DNA of 64,000 nt from Octopus sinensis (GCF_006345805.1 NC_043004.1:89962001-90026000); one strand, 5' to 3'. Shown: positions 1-11,544, counted from the stretch's first letter. Numbers and translations: made by a program. Notes: generated by a model not told the origin, from the letters alone.

Positions 1-800
1 TGTGCCACAAAGAGGCACAGATTATCAGTGAAAATAGCAATATCATTGTAGAATGGCATTTTATAAACTTGAAATGGTGAGTTCAGTTTCTCCTACAGAG
101 TAAAGAATGCTATGAGAATCCACTTTGGATTTTCACTTCTATAGAGACACCAGGATTTGTCAAAATTTACCAGTGATCTTCCGTAGTAAATATATCATAT
201 ATAAACACAATTCTTTCTGAATCTGAATAAAAAAGAAACCTATTTGTAATGTTAATATCATTCCAACCATAAAACTGTTTATATTTGAATAAGTTTCTTA
301 ATTTAGGGTAATATGAAATGATATCTTATAACATTCATATCAAAAGAATTAACATCATTAGTGATGTGAAATAATTTCAACAGCACAGCTATCTCAGTCC
401 TCTGTGAGATTAACTCTTAATCCAAACAACTCATCATCATACATATTCTTGACACTTTTTAAATAGTAAAAAAAAGACAAAAAAAGATTAATTTAACAAA
501 AAACAGTTTTGTTTGGAAAATTATTTTAATAGCAAAAATAATAGTAAATAAAATGTTTATTATCAAATAAAATTTCAATCTAGTTTTCATATCAAGCAAA
601 TATACAAGTAAACAGGTATAATACAGCAATGAAATGAACAGTGTTCAACTGATTGTTTGTGTATTTATTGCCAATTACTTTATTCATCAAAATAATATTC
701 ACACACTCAAATATACATACACTGTACTATCGTACAGTTAAAATTTTTCATTTTTTCTATGAATATGAATTTGCATGTTTGTGGATGTAAGTTCATATTC

Positions 801-863
<63 letters not shown>

Positions 864-869
864 TGATTG

Positions 870-1280
870 AATATAAAGCTCACCTTGCAACCAATTAGTT
901 TCAGGTAAAATCTTACTGCACAGCACCTTGGGCAAAGGTCTTTTACCATAGCCCTGGATCAACCAATGCCCCGTGATTGAATTTGGTAGATAGAAACTGT
1001 GCGAAAGACTGTTTTGTGTGTGTGTGTGTGTATGTGTGTGTGTGTGTGTATGTGCATGCGCAAATGCATGTGTGTCTGTTCTTGTCCCTCACTCACTACT
1101 TAACAACTGGTGTTGGTTTGTTTACATCCCAGTAACTTATCAGTTTGGCAAAATAGACCAAAAGAATAAGTACCAGACTTAAAAAGTAAGTACTGTGGGG
1201 TTGGTTTGTTTGGTTAAAACATTGCAAGGTGGTGCATCAGCATGGCCACAGTAAAGTGACTGAAACAAATGAAAGATAAA
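870..1280 (+). mobile_element. SINE family A, decayed
   Basis: gcaccttgggcaa box, internal (GT)n and gcatggccacagt...gactgaaacaa tail, as in intact copies. Confidence 0.7.
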
Positions 1281-2262
1281 AGATGTGTGTATGTGTACAT
1301 ACATACATACACACATCTTCACATACATGTGCATGTATGTATGAATGGATACATGCATAAAACATATCCATAGAAAATTGCATATTTGTGTGTGAGCAGG
1401 CATATGTGAATGCATATAAAAATGAAACTAAGTTGAGTCAGATTGTAAATCACATAAATCAAATGATTAGCAATAACAAGCAAAATGATTTTAACTAGAT
1501 TGAACAGAATTCACAGTATATGAAGATGGAAAATAATTTTACATTATAAACATTTGTTTCAACATAACTTGGGAAAGGAGATCAAAAATTCTTCATACTA
1601 CAATGATAACTGATTTTGTACATAGCATGTATAAAAAAACAAATCCAATTTACACACTTTTATTCATATATATCTGGGAATAAGGCCAAGCAAGAGATTC
1701 AGAATAAGTATAGGAATGAAAGATCATTTCCATGAATTTATGTATCACTTTCTTTTCGATATTAAAAAATAGAATAATGTTTCATCAATGACTTCACATA
1801 TCATACAAAAAATAAAATATAAAAGGATTGCATTAGAATATAGAACTCTAAAAGACAGAGACTTTGGGGATTTGTAAAGCTAAAAGAAATAACAGAAGCA
1901 TTGGATTTACAATATTTATCATCATGAAGATGACATAGTTTGGAAAAATGAAACAAATAGGTGAGATACTTTAGGGTCAATGTATTAGAGAAAAAAATGT
2001 GGTGATAACATTCACAGGATGATATACATATGTGTGTGTGTGTGTGTGTGTGTAATTTAATGAGAATCATACAAACAAATCAAATACAGATGACTGCAAG
2101 TTTCCCATATGATCGTCTTTTAAATTTTGGCTGAACACAGTAAAGAACATCTTTGTTGTATGCAACCAAAATTCAAACCTTGTACATCTGGTAAGTATCT
2201 ATCCATCTATCTATCTATCATTCTATCTATCTATTTACCTATACATACATTCATACATACAT

Positions 2263-2297
<35 letters not shown>

Positions 2298-2348
2298 GTA
2301 TATACACATACATACACATATATGTATGTAAGTATGACTGTATATATG

Positions 2349-2612
2349 TAAACATTATTGATGTCACATACTTAATGTATGCATTGTGTTTAAATGCTTA
2401 TTAGCAGCAGAATTTTATCAAGGAAAAGTCCCTTTAAGACATTGAGCATAAAAAACACTGAATATCCAAAACCAGGCGAAACAAAACATTTTGAGGTATA
2501 CATTACTTCATAACACTTGATATCTTAAAGGGACTTTCGCTGGATGAAATATCACAGCTAATAGGTGTTTAAACAAACAAAAACATCAACTATGTGATAT
2601 TGATAATATTAA
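2349..2612. mobile_element. MITE with ~100-bp imperfect TIRs, copy 1
   Basis: Left arm taaacattattgatgtcaca...aagtccctttaaga is mirrored by tcttaaagggacttt...tgtgatattgataatattaa. Same family as 10441-10857. Confidence 0.65.
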
Positions 2613-2746
2613 CATTAGTAGAGCTGCTTCTAATTCAAAATTTAATATAAGTATACATACATACACACACACACACACACATATATATAAATATATATAC
2701 ATATTACATATATATAAGTATACATACATATACATATATATATATA

Positions 2747-2963
2747 GTTAATCCAAACATGAAAGCACAAAAAAACACAACAACGTGAGGACGTGGAACA
2801 AATATAGTATTATTGGACACTCAGGAAAGAAGGAAAGAAGGAGGGTTTAACGTTTCGAGCGGAGCTCTTCGTCGGAAACATAGGAGAAGGAAAGATCCAG
2901 AGAAGGGAAGACAGAGGAAAAAAAATCGCCAACGGTACACACGCGGTCACATTTTGAATGCAA
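2747..2963 (-). mobile_element. Small non-coding element (PLE terminus / retrozyme-like) with variant hammerhead, inside (TA)n
   Basis: Unique 217-nt block bounded by TA/CA microsatellite on both sides; contains the hammerhead-like motif at 2845-2879. Confidence 0.55.
2845..2879 (-). ncRNA. Minimal type I hammerhead-like motif with U4C core variant
   Basis: Minus-strand RNA GUUU-CCGACGA-A-GAGC(UCC)GCUC-GAAA-CGU-U-AAAC: stem I GUUU/AAAC, stem II GAGC/GCUC, palindromic ACGU stem III. Confidence 0.5.
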
Positions 2964-3039
2964 TATATATACATACATATACATATATATATATACATAT
3001 ATATACATACGTATATATATATACATACATATTTAAGTA

Positions 3040-3413
3040 GGTGAATGAATTATCCTAGTATTGATAATTCGGTTAATCAATACCTGGGTAGCAAATTCAC
3101 GTCAGAAAACACGGTTGAAGCTACATGTCAAGGGCAGAAACCCTGTGTTCTTGTGTGGTAATTTGTGTGTTTTTCTATATGAATAAATGAAAGAATGGAG
3201 TCGAACGAAGATTTTAACAAAATTCCTTTACTCTCAACACGTTTCGAAGACTGCATACTCTTAATTCCGAAGGAATAAAGGGTGCATTATGCCGTTTTCT
3301 CATCAGGAAAGACAAGGAACCTCTATCAGCCTCAAGACGAACAAAAACTTTTTTATGACTGCCTACATGGTGTCCACAGTGATATATTATTATTATTATT
3401 ATGGCTGCTCCCT
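3040..3413 (-). mobile_element. Small hammerhead-bearing PLE-terminus / retrozyme-like element, family 2
   Basis: Bounded by TA microsatellites. 3040-3235 recurs inverted at 43463-43676. Hammerhead at 3225-3317. Confidence 0.65.
3225..3317 (-). ncRNA. Type I hammerhead ribozyme with extended stem II
   Basis: Minus-strand RNA CCUUGUCUUUC-CUGAUGA-GAAAAC...GUCUUC-GAAA-CGUGU-U-GAGAGUAAAGG: canonical core, stem I of 11 nt with a 2x2 internal loop, long stem II with GCAUA/UAUGC and AUUCC(UUC)GGAAU. Confidence 0.7.
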
Positions 3414-3414
3414 C

Positions 3415-3430
3415 ATACATACATACATAC

Positions 3431-3469
<39 letters not shown>

Positions 3470-3482
3470 TATATACATATAC

Positions 3483-3513
<31 letters not shown>

Positions 3514-3760
3514 CATATATATATATATTACATATATATATATATTATATATATACATATACATACATATATATACATATATATATACATATATATACAT
3601 ATATATATACATATACATATACATACATATATATATATATATATATATGCATATACATATACATACATATATATACATATATATATACATATACATATAT
3701 ATATACATATACAATATATATATATATATATATATAATATATATATATACACATATATAT
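3415..3760. repeat. Compound (TA)n/(TACA)n microsatellite
   Basis: About 345 nt of TA/CA dinucleotide repeats; source of the IYIY ORFs in the track. Confidence 0.95.
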
Positions 3761-4029
3761 AACCGTCCAACCCATGCTAGCATGGAAAATGGACGCTAAA
3801 CGATGATGATGATGATGATGATGATGATGATATATATATATATATATATGCAGGCAATGTCAATTTTGACAGAATGCAAACTCAAAACTTTGATCACAAT
3901 AAAGGAATCATCTGTGTACAGCAAGAAATTGCAAGAGCCTCATCTAAAATCTGACGATGGGAGAATCCCTAATAAAATACATGACTGTGTATGTATATAA
4001 GCATGTATGTAGTTTGCATGTATATGTAT

Positions 4030-4640
4030 CTATACATGTATGTATGTGTAAGGAATATAGTCTTTGTGTGTAGCAAATGTACAGGTACAATAAACACTAG
4101 AAATGTACAGAAAAGAGACCCCATCAAATGCCAGGAGGGTTACCTAGAAGTAGTTGATAGCTTCCATTATCTAGGTGACCAAGTTAGCTGTGAGAATAAG
4201 AATAGGTTGAGCAAAGTTCAGAGATCTTCTACCTTTGTTGTTAATAAAGGGCTTATCCCTTAGTATGAAAAGTAGACTGTATGATGCCTGTGTGCAAATA
4301 GCCATTCTACATAGCAATGAAATGTGGGCTGTGACCACAGAAGAAATGCAAAGGCTCGAAAGAAATTAATTAGCATATTTCACTAAATGTGCAATTTCAA
4401 TGTGCATGTACAATAGAGTGTAAATGTCTTGAGAGAAGAAATGGGCATAAGAGACATCAGATGTGGTGTGCAAGAGAGACAACTGCACTGGTATGGTCAC
4501 TTGAAGCATATGGATGAGGACAGCTGTGTAAAGAAATACTGATTTCTAACTGTAGAGGGAATCTGTGGAAGAGGTAGACCCAGGAAGACATGGGATGAGG
4601 TGATGAAACACGATCTTTGAATGTTGGGCCGGTGTCTTGT
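4030..4640 (+). mobile_element. RTE (BovB-like) LINE, decayed 3' part of ORF
   Basis: LEVVDSFHYLGDQVS, followed by remnants of RLHWYGH and RGRPRKTW motifs with stops and frameshifts. Confidence 0.8.
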
Positions 4641-5000
4641 AAATGGCACCCATGCTGGTGACATAAAAAGCACCTATTTCACTCTTGGAGTGGTTGGCAT
4701 TAGGAAGGGCATCTGGCTGTAGAAACCATGCCAAATGAGACTGGAACCTGGTACAGCTCTCCAGCTTACCAGTTTCAGTCAAACTAACCCATGCCAGCAT
4801 GGAAAGCAGACACTAAATAAAGATGATGATGATATACATGTATGTATATATATGTGTAACTGAAAGGTTCCAGTTACCAGTACTCAGGGCTACTAATTTT
4901 CAATCATTAGCTGGGAAGCTGAGCTTGCTTTTCTTTTGAAATATTCACTGTTTCAATATTTTATTTTTAAATATATATATATATATGTATAATATATATA

Positions 5001-5237
5001 AGAAAGAAGAAAGCAAAGGACCACTGATGAGGTCACAGAAGTGTGACGAAAGAACTCTGGCCAAAATAAGACTAAGATTAATGTAAAAAATAAATAACAC
5101 TGAAGCAAAGTAACACCAAATATATAGTGTGTGTGTTTTTATTGGCTAAACTGGCAAAATGACCATTCCGAAATACAACAATACCTGTTCCAACACACGA
5201 TTTCTCATCAAAAATCTTGCAAAACAAATATATAAAC

Positions 5238-5239
<2 letters not shown>
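5001..5239 (+). mobile_element. Small hammerhead-bearing element, family 3, inside (TA)n
   Basis: Unique block between TA runs at about 4970-5000 and 5240-5274; hammerhead near its 5' end. Confidence 0.55.
5018..5062 (+). ncRNA. Minimal type I hammerhead ribozyme
   Basis: GGACCA-CUGAUGA-G-GUCACA(GAAG)UGUGAC-GAAA-GAACU-C-UGGCC: canonical CUGAUGA/GAAA core, perfect 6-bp stem II, stem I CCA/UGG plus GG/CC, CUC cleavage triplet. Confidence 0.75.
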
Positions 5240-5276
<37 letters not shown>

Positions 5277-5676
5277 TACAAAGTGAGATAGGGGTTATGA
5301 GTGTAACCCGCTATGGAATATCATTTATCCAATATACTACCAGTGAAGTACCCAAAAGGCTAATACATAAATGCTTACAATTGCAATGCAATTAATTCAT
5401 TTATTGTAGTATTTGGATGTTCCTATTTAATTAGTTAATAAATTATATGAATTGGTATTATCTGTAAGTTGATGATTGAAAGGAATCTTTCCTCCATTTT
5501 CTTATTTTGTATATATATATATACATACATATGCTTCCAATCATGTGATCTGGGTTAAGTCCTACTGTTCAGCACGTTGAGCAGATGTCTTCTATTATAG
5601 CCCAAAGCCAACCAAAGTCTTGTGAGAAGATTTGGTTGACTGAAACTGAAAGAAACCCATTATCTATATGTACATA

Positions 5677-6070
5677 TAGGAGTGGCTGTGTGGTAAGTAG
5701 CTTGCTTACCAACTACACGGTTCTGGGTTCAGTCCCACTGCGTGGCACCTTGGGCAAGTGTCTTCTACTATAGCCTCGGGCCGATCAAAGCCTTGTGAGT
5801 GAATTTGGTAGACGGAAACTGAAAGAAGCCTGTCGTATATATATATATGTATATGTGTGTGCGTGTTTGTGTGTCGGTGTTTGTCCCCCCAACATCGCTT
5901 GACAACCGATGCTGGTATGTTTACATCCCCGTTACTTAGCAGTTTGGCAAAAGAGACCGATAGAATAAGTACTAGGCTTACAAAGAATAAGTCCTGGGGT
6001 CGATTTGCTCGACTAAAAGGCGGTGCTCCAGCATGGCCACAGTCAAATGACTGAAACAAGTAAAAGAGTA
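5677..6070 (+). mobile_element. SINE family A (tRNA-like head, ccttgggcaagt CORE-like box, internal microsatellite, TAAAAGAG tail)
   Basis: aggagtggctgtgtggtaag...ggttcagtccc...gtaaaagag; near-identical to six other copies in the window. Confidence 0.88.
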
Positions 6071-7208
6071 TGAATATGTAAGCGTTTGTGTGTACCCTTG
6101 TCTTGAATACAAGCAATGTTTGTCATTTCCAGTGTGCCATTAAAACCACATGTCTGACTATGGGGAAATATTACCTTGCTTGAAAATAGATGAGGGTTGA
6201 TGATAGGAAAGACATCCAACCATAGAAAATCTGCCTAGCTATATTTGTTCTTACTGCTAGGTTAAATACTGGGTTTTACCATAATATTTTCCTTTTATTA
6301 TTCCCATTCTTATGCTATGTATTCTAAGTTTTTTTATGTATCTAAACTTATTGGAAAACCCACTATTTTTAGTGCCTCATTATAATACCTAGCATCAGAA
6401 GATATCAAGGTTACCTGCTTACTAACATTGTCAACCAAATTCCCAAACTGGATGAGTCAATTGTCTATGTATATACTCTAATTACTCATTTGGTTAGTGG
6501 TATGGTCTGAAACTGACTTTATCTAGTTTAAATATTGCACCAAGAAAATTAACAGCAAGCAATAACATTAGTATCTAAACCCTATTAGTATCTAAGCCCT
6601 ATTTCTTTAAATACTTGAATCAATTTTTTTCTAAATTTATGTACCTTATGACCGTTGCAATTTCTTAATAGGATTCAGGCCATTATCAAGTTAGAAATCA
6701 CAGTCCATTTCAGGAAGATTTTTCTCAATATATCGAAAAGATATAGCCCTATAATTTTCACTCACCTGGGCTCCATCATATATATCCTCCTCTTCATCAT
6801 TTAACATCCATACTCCATGCAAGTATGGATTGGATGGTTTAAGAGAGTTTAATAGGCCCAAGGACTGTATTGTGCTCCAGTGTCAGCTTTGACATTGTTT
6901 CTATGACCAAATGCCCATCTTAACACCAACCACTTTACCACATGTACTGGGTGCTTTTTTTTTGTGCCACCAACACTACTGAGGTGACCATGCAGCTTGC
7001 AAGACTATGAAACCCGAAGGGGTAGTAGTAACTTTACACTGGGAAATGAGTAAAAAGAGGTTAGGTACAAGAGGGAAAGGGCCAAAGCAGAACAAGTTTC
7101 TTACAACTCACAAGAGTTTTCTGGCTACTCACATTTTAAAATAAAGGGTAAGAGTGATTGGTTGGAGCAGGAAAGCAATAAAACTAGTGGTTATGAGGTA
7201 TATGTAAA

Positions 7209-7248
<40 letters not shown>

Positions 7249-7251
<3 letters not shown>

Positions 7252-7471
7252 GAAAAGTAAAAAGACACAAGGAAAATGCAGACTAGGTATAAAAGTAATG
7301 GCTTTTTTTATAAAACAAATATATATACATACAAATAAAAGATTTGAGGTGGAATTAAGAAGCATAAAAATCATTATTATGAGTCTAATATGTATATATC
7401 TTTGTTTTATAAAAAAAAACATTACTTTTATACCTAGTCTGCATTTTGTTTGTTTCTTTTTACTTTTCCTC
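7249..7471. mobile_element. Foldback MITE with ~82-bp TIRs, flanked by TA
   Basis: ggggaaaagtaaaaag...tatatacat (7249-7330) versus atgtatata...ctttttacttttcctc (7390-7471); TA on both sides. Confidence 0.7.
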
Positions 7472-10440
7472 TATTTAAACCACATGTAGTCTATTTTCTT
7501 TGAAACCTGTTTCTATTGTATGTATGTATGTATGTATGTATGTATGTATGTATGTATGCATGCATGTGTGTGTGTATGTATTATTATAATGAAGTCAAAC
7601 CAAATAATGATATTTTCAAAATATCATGATTTGGTTTGACTTCCTTATTGCAACTCATGCAATTTGATGCAGGTATAAACTAGCCTGTCCTGATTCCATT
7701 TATGTAGCTACTCTAACCAGGATTTGGAGTAGTTTGTTATATCTGACTCGAGTTGAAAATTCTGGTATTGTGCATTGCTTATAAGCAAAACATGAAATAT
7801 GTGTGTGTGTGTATACATAGAAATGTATCTGGGTGTAAAATTTTTAAAGAAGATATTTGACTGGAGTTAAAATGCACACAATGCAATCTCGTAGACTAGC
7901 ATGATCCATCAAAATTCCATGTAACTTCCACCTATGTTACCATTTGTACAAAACCTAGCCCACTTTTGCAATGGTAACGAGAAGACTGCAAAATGTTTGC
8001 TGTTAGTTGTGGCTGGTTCAAGTGAGCAGTTGGAATAATATAAAATTACAAAATGAAAGAGCAGGAACAGATGACCTTAGCAGCATCTTTTCAAAATTTT
8101 AAGGAAATTATTGAGTAGAATTATTACATGCCACTCTCAAGTCTTCAACACGTATGAAACAGAATTTTTTTGGAGGAAAATATGTTATAAAGGAGCAGCA
8201 AGGTGAGAGAAGAATTGTCAATGTCTAGATTTAAAATTTCAGAAGAAATCTTAACTTTAACACTTGGGGGTGACTGCAATTTCAAACCAATATTTGTTTA
8301 TATTTCAGAAAATCTAAAGATTTAAGAATATTTAATCTCTTAATCATATACAAACCTAATAAAAAAATCTTGGATTGCAACTTTAGTTTTTGAAGACTGG
8401 CTTTTTTCATTCCATTCATCCCTGAGGTAAAAGAATATTGTGAAAGCAAGCTATTTTTTTCCACATGCTTTTAATCCATATGGGTCCTAGCATCCATGTA
8501 AAACCATAGCCAAATGCTAAAATCTTTTTTTTAACTGCGAAAAACTCAAAAGCCTTGTGAGTAGATTTGATACACAGAAACTAAAAGAAGTCCATTGCAT
8601 GTATGCATATGTGTGTGTGCGTCCTTGCTCTGACATCACACACTAATTGCAAACAAACATTGCCATCATACAAATAGTGTTGTTAGTTTGCTTCATTCTA
8701 TAAGAACATTGTGTTGTTTGCATTCAAAGGACAAGAGGGACAATTACCTTGCTTGGAAACAGGTGAAGGTTGGAGACTAGAAGAGCATCTGCTCTTGGAA
8801 AATCTGCCTCAACAAATGTCTTTTGATTCATGCAAGCAAAGGAAAGTGGACATTAATAACAACAATACCAATTCGGCCACTGCCACTGCCACTGCTACAA
8901 TGTTGAAAAACAACTTCACTTCTTCAGCCAATACACCAGGGGATGAATTCAACTTTTAAGGCATATTATATGCAAGACTCATTGAAAGTCTTACTAAAGC
9001 AACAGATAAGGAAGGAGGACCTACTCTTAAAGAGCTAGCAAATTCACCAGCTTGTAACAGAATTTCAAAGAAGGCTAAGAGCGTTATTTGGCAAAAAACC
9101 TTGCTTCAATTATTAATTTTAAAGGATTTGCAAAACCTGAAGGTATAAAAAATGAAAGTGAAAAAATTGTCCAGATTACTGGCCAATCTCAAGTTAGCAC
9201 ATCTACTTCATGTGTACAATGATAAAGTAATGAAGAGTTGCTCAAAATGGGAAAATGATTTAGAATACAGTAATCAGGAGACAAAATACCCTCCAACAAC
9301 ATAATGCTTTAGTAATTTGAAGAGGCTTTTGACCACACAGAAAAAGACAATTAAATTTTTGTATCACAAGATCCAATTAATAAGTGAAATAAAAAGTTAC
9401 CACAGATTTGAAAATTTCATATAATTGTTATAAGTAAATTTATGAAGAAATGTAAAAATAATACTGTAAATAGACAATTCTCAAAATATTTCTGGAAATA
9501 AATTCTCCCCATCTGCTGAAAATCTGACACAAAAACTGACTATGAATGCTAACTAAAGTTTTAACAAAACAATGATGTTTTTTTTATATTCAAGGATTTC
9601 CTTTTGTTTTCATTGTGAATGTTATCATCATTTAACATCCACTTTTCTATTTTTGCATGAATTAGACAGAATTTGCTAAGGTAGATTTTCCATCAGCAGG
9701 ATGTCCTTCCTGTTGCCAACCTTTAGCTGTTTCCATGCATGACCAGATATGAATTTCACAAATGACTGGAATTGAACAACCTCAGCAGATTGTGGATGAT
9801 TCTCATTTACAGCCATTGTGTGATGTTAAGAAAAAGCTACACAGACACATGCACACATATATGATGGGTATTTTTCAGTTTCCATCAACTAAATCTACCT
9901 TGGTCAGAGGAAGCAAGCACCTTAACCACACAGCTATGTACAAATGATCATCACAGTCATCCCTCAAATATCTAAACATTTACATTAGTCAATATAAATA
10001 TATCCATTGTTTGAACCCACATTCAATTCTATGTTACTGACTTTCATTTCACATATTTTTAAAAGAAAAAATGTCAAACCAAAATACTTAGCCACTTACT
10101 TTTAATTAAATGTTAATTATAATTATTCATACATCATCATCATTGTTTAACATCCATTTTCCATGCTGACATGGGTTGGACAGTTTGACCTTCAAAATGT
10201 TCAACCCACACTAGCATGGAAAACTGGCATTAAATGATATATGAATAATTATAATTAATATTTAGTTAAAAGTAAAAGTATTTCAGTGGTCATTTTTTTC
10301 TTTTGAAAATATGTGAAACAAAAGTCAGGAACATAGAATTGGATATATGTTTTCTATATATTTTGTTTGAGTGTGTATAAAATTCTGAGTTAGAAGAAGC
10401 TATAATAATCCTTTCTACAAAAGAAGCAGCTCTAATAGTG

Positions 10441-10857
10441 TAAACATTATTGATGTCACAAATTTAATGTATGTGTTTAGCTTAAATGCTTATTAGCTGC
10501 AGTATTTCATTCGAGGAAAGTCCCTTTAAGATATCATGTGTTAAAAAATACTGAATTCCTCAAAACCATGTGGTATAGCACTGTTGCACATCAACAGATA
10601 GATTTTACACTCTCCAGACCAGTGATTGCAATTTGTTTTGAGGGTGACTCAAGTATATTGTGCCAAGGACCTGAAATGACAGCAAAATATTGATATACAC
10701 AATTCTCATTCACCTACAGAGCAATTTGTTTCACCCTGATTTGGAGATATACAGTATTTTTTAACACATGATATCTTAAAGGAACATTCCCTGCATGAAA
10801 TATCACAGCTGCAAAGTGTTTAAGCAAAACACATGCATGTGACATCATTAATGTTTA
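10441..10857. mobile_element. MITE with ~120-bp TIRs, copy 2 (longer interior)
   Basis: taaacattattgatgtcaca...gatatcatgtgttaaaaaatactg mirrored by cagtattttttaacacatgatatc...tgtgacatcattaatgttta. Confidence 0.7.
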
Positions 10858-11017
10858 TGTATATAAGTATTTATTTTGAATTTAGATATACATCTTGTAG
10901 TACACCATTTAAGGCCAATACACTGTATTCAGCTAGCTGATGTCATCAACAGTATGGGTGTAAATACCACTGGATTTACTTCAGAAATTCCATCATGTCT
11001 GTAGAGTTTATTAAATA

Positions 11018-11506
11018 TGTGTGAAAGAAAATGGAATTCACAAGACTCTTTATTATTCACTACGATTGTTTTGACCCATTGTGCACTGACAACTCAAAGG
11101 TTAGACACTGTACAAACAGCTGTGGTGCATCATAGGTACATATGTGTCTCACCAGGAGACTCGTCAAAAGCCACCTCCCTATTAAATCTCCATTTCGCTT
11201 ATTGCATTAGAATACATTTTGGTGAATGCAGTTCGTTACTCATCTACACAAAGAACTGGGTTGTAACCCAGTTCTTTACATAGACAAGTCGCAAACTACA
11301 ACTACCAAAATGTATTCTAATACAAATAAGCAAAACAGAGATTAAAAACCAAGGTACCTTTTGACAAGTCACCTTATGAGACACATCTGCATCTATGATA
11401 CAGCACAACTCTTTGTGCAACATCCCACCCACAATGCACTAGTGCATGATGGGTTGAAATGATTGTAGATAATAATAAAGTTTCATGAATTCCATTTTCT
11501 TTCTCT

Positions 11507-11510
<4 letters not shown>
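11018..11510. repeat. Long imperfect palindrome (two ~245-bp arms, 2-nt loop)
   Basis: Centre aaagaactgggtt-gt-aacccagttcttt (11250-11277). Arms align out to tgtgtgaaagaaaatggaattca / tgaattccattttctttctctcaca. Confidence 0.85.

Positions 11511-11544
<34 letters not shown>

Noticed and set aside
3214-3799. Overlapping 130-190 aa ORFs rich in I/Y/H/T (also at 738, 12933-13496, 31289-31665, 39238-39641, 52877-53241, 62446-62852)
   Set aside because: Translations of (TA)n/(CA)n microsatellites and SINEs, which lack stop codons in several frames; not genes.
8960-9450. Coding-looking stretch (GILYARLIESLTKATDKEGG...)
   Set aside because: Interrupted by stops, no splice pattern and no motif I can assign; possibly an old transposase, but unsupported.
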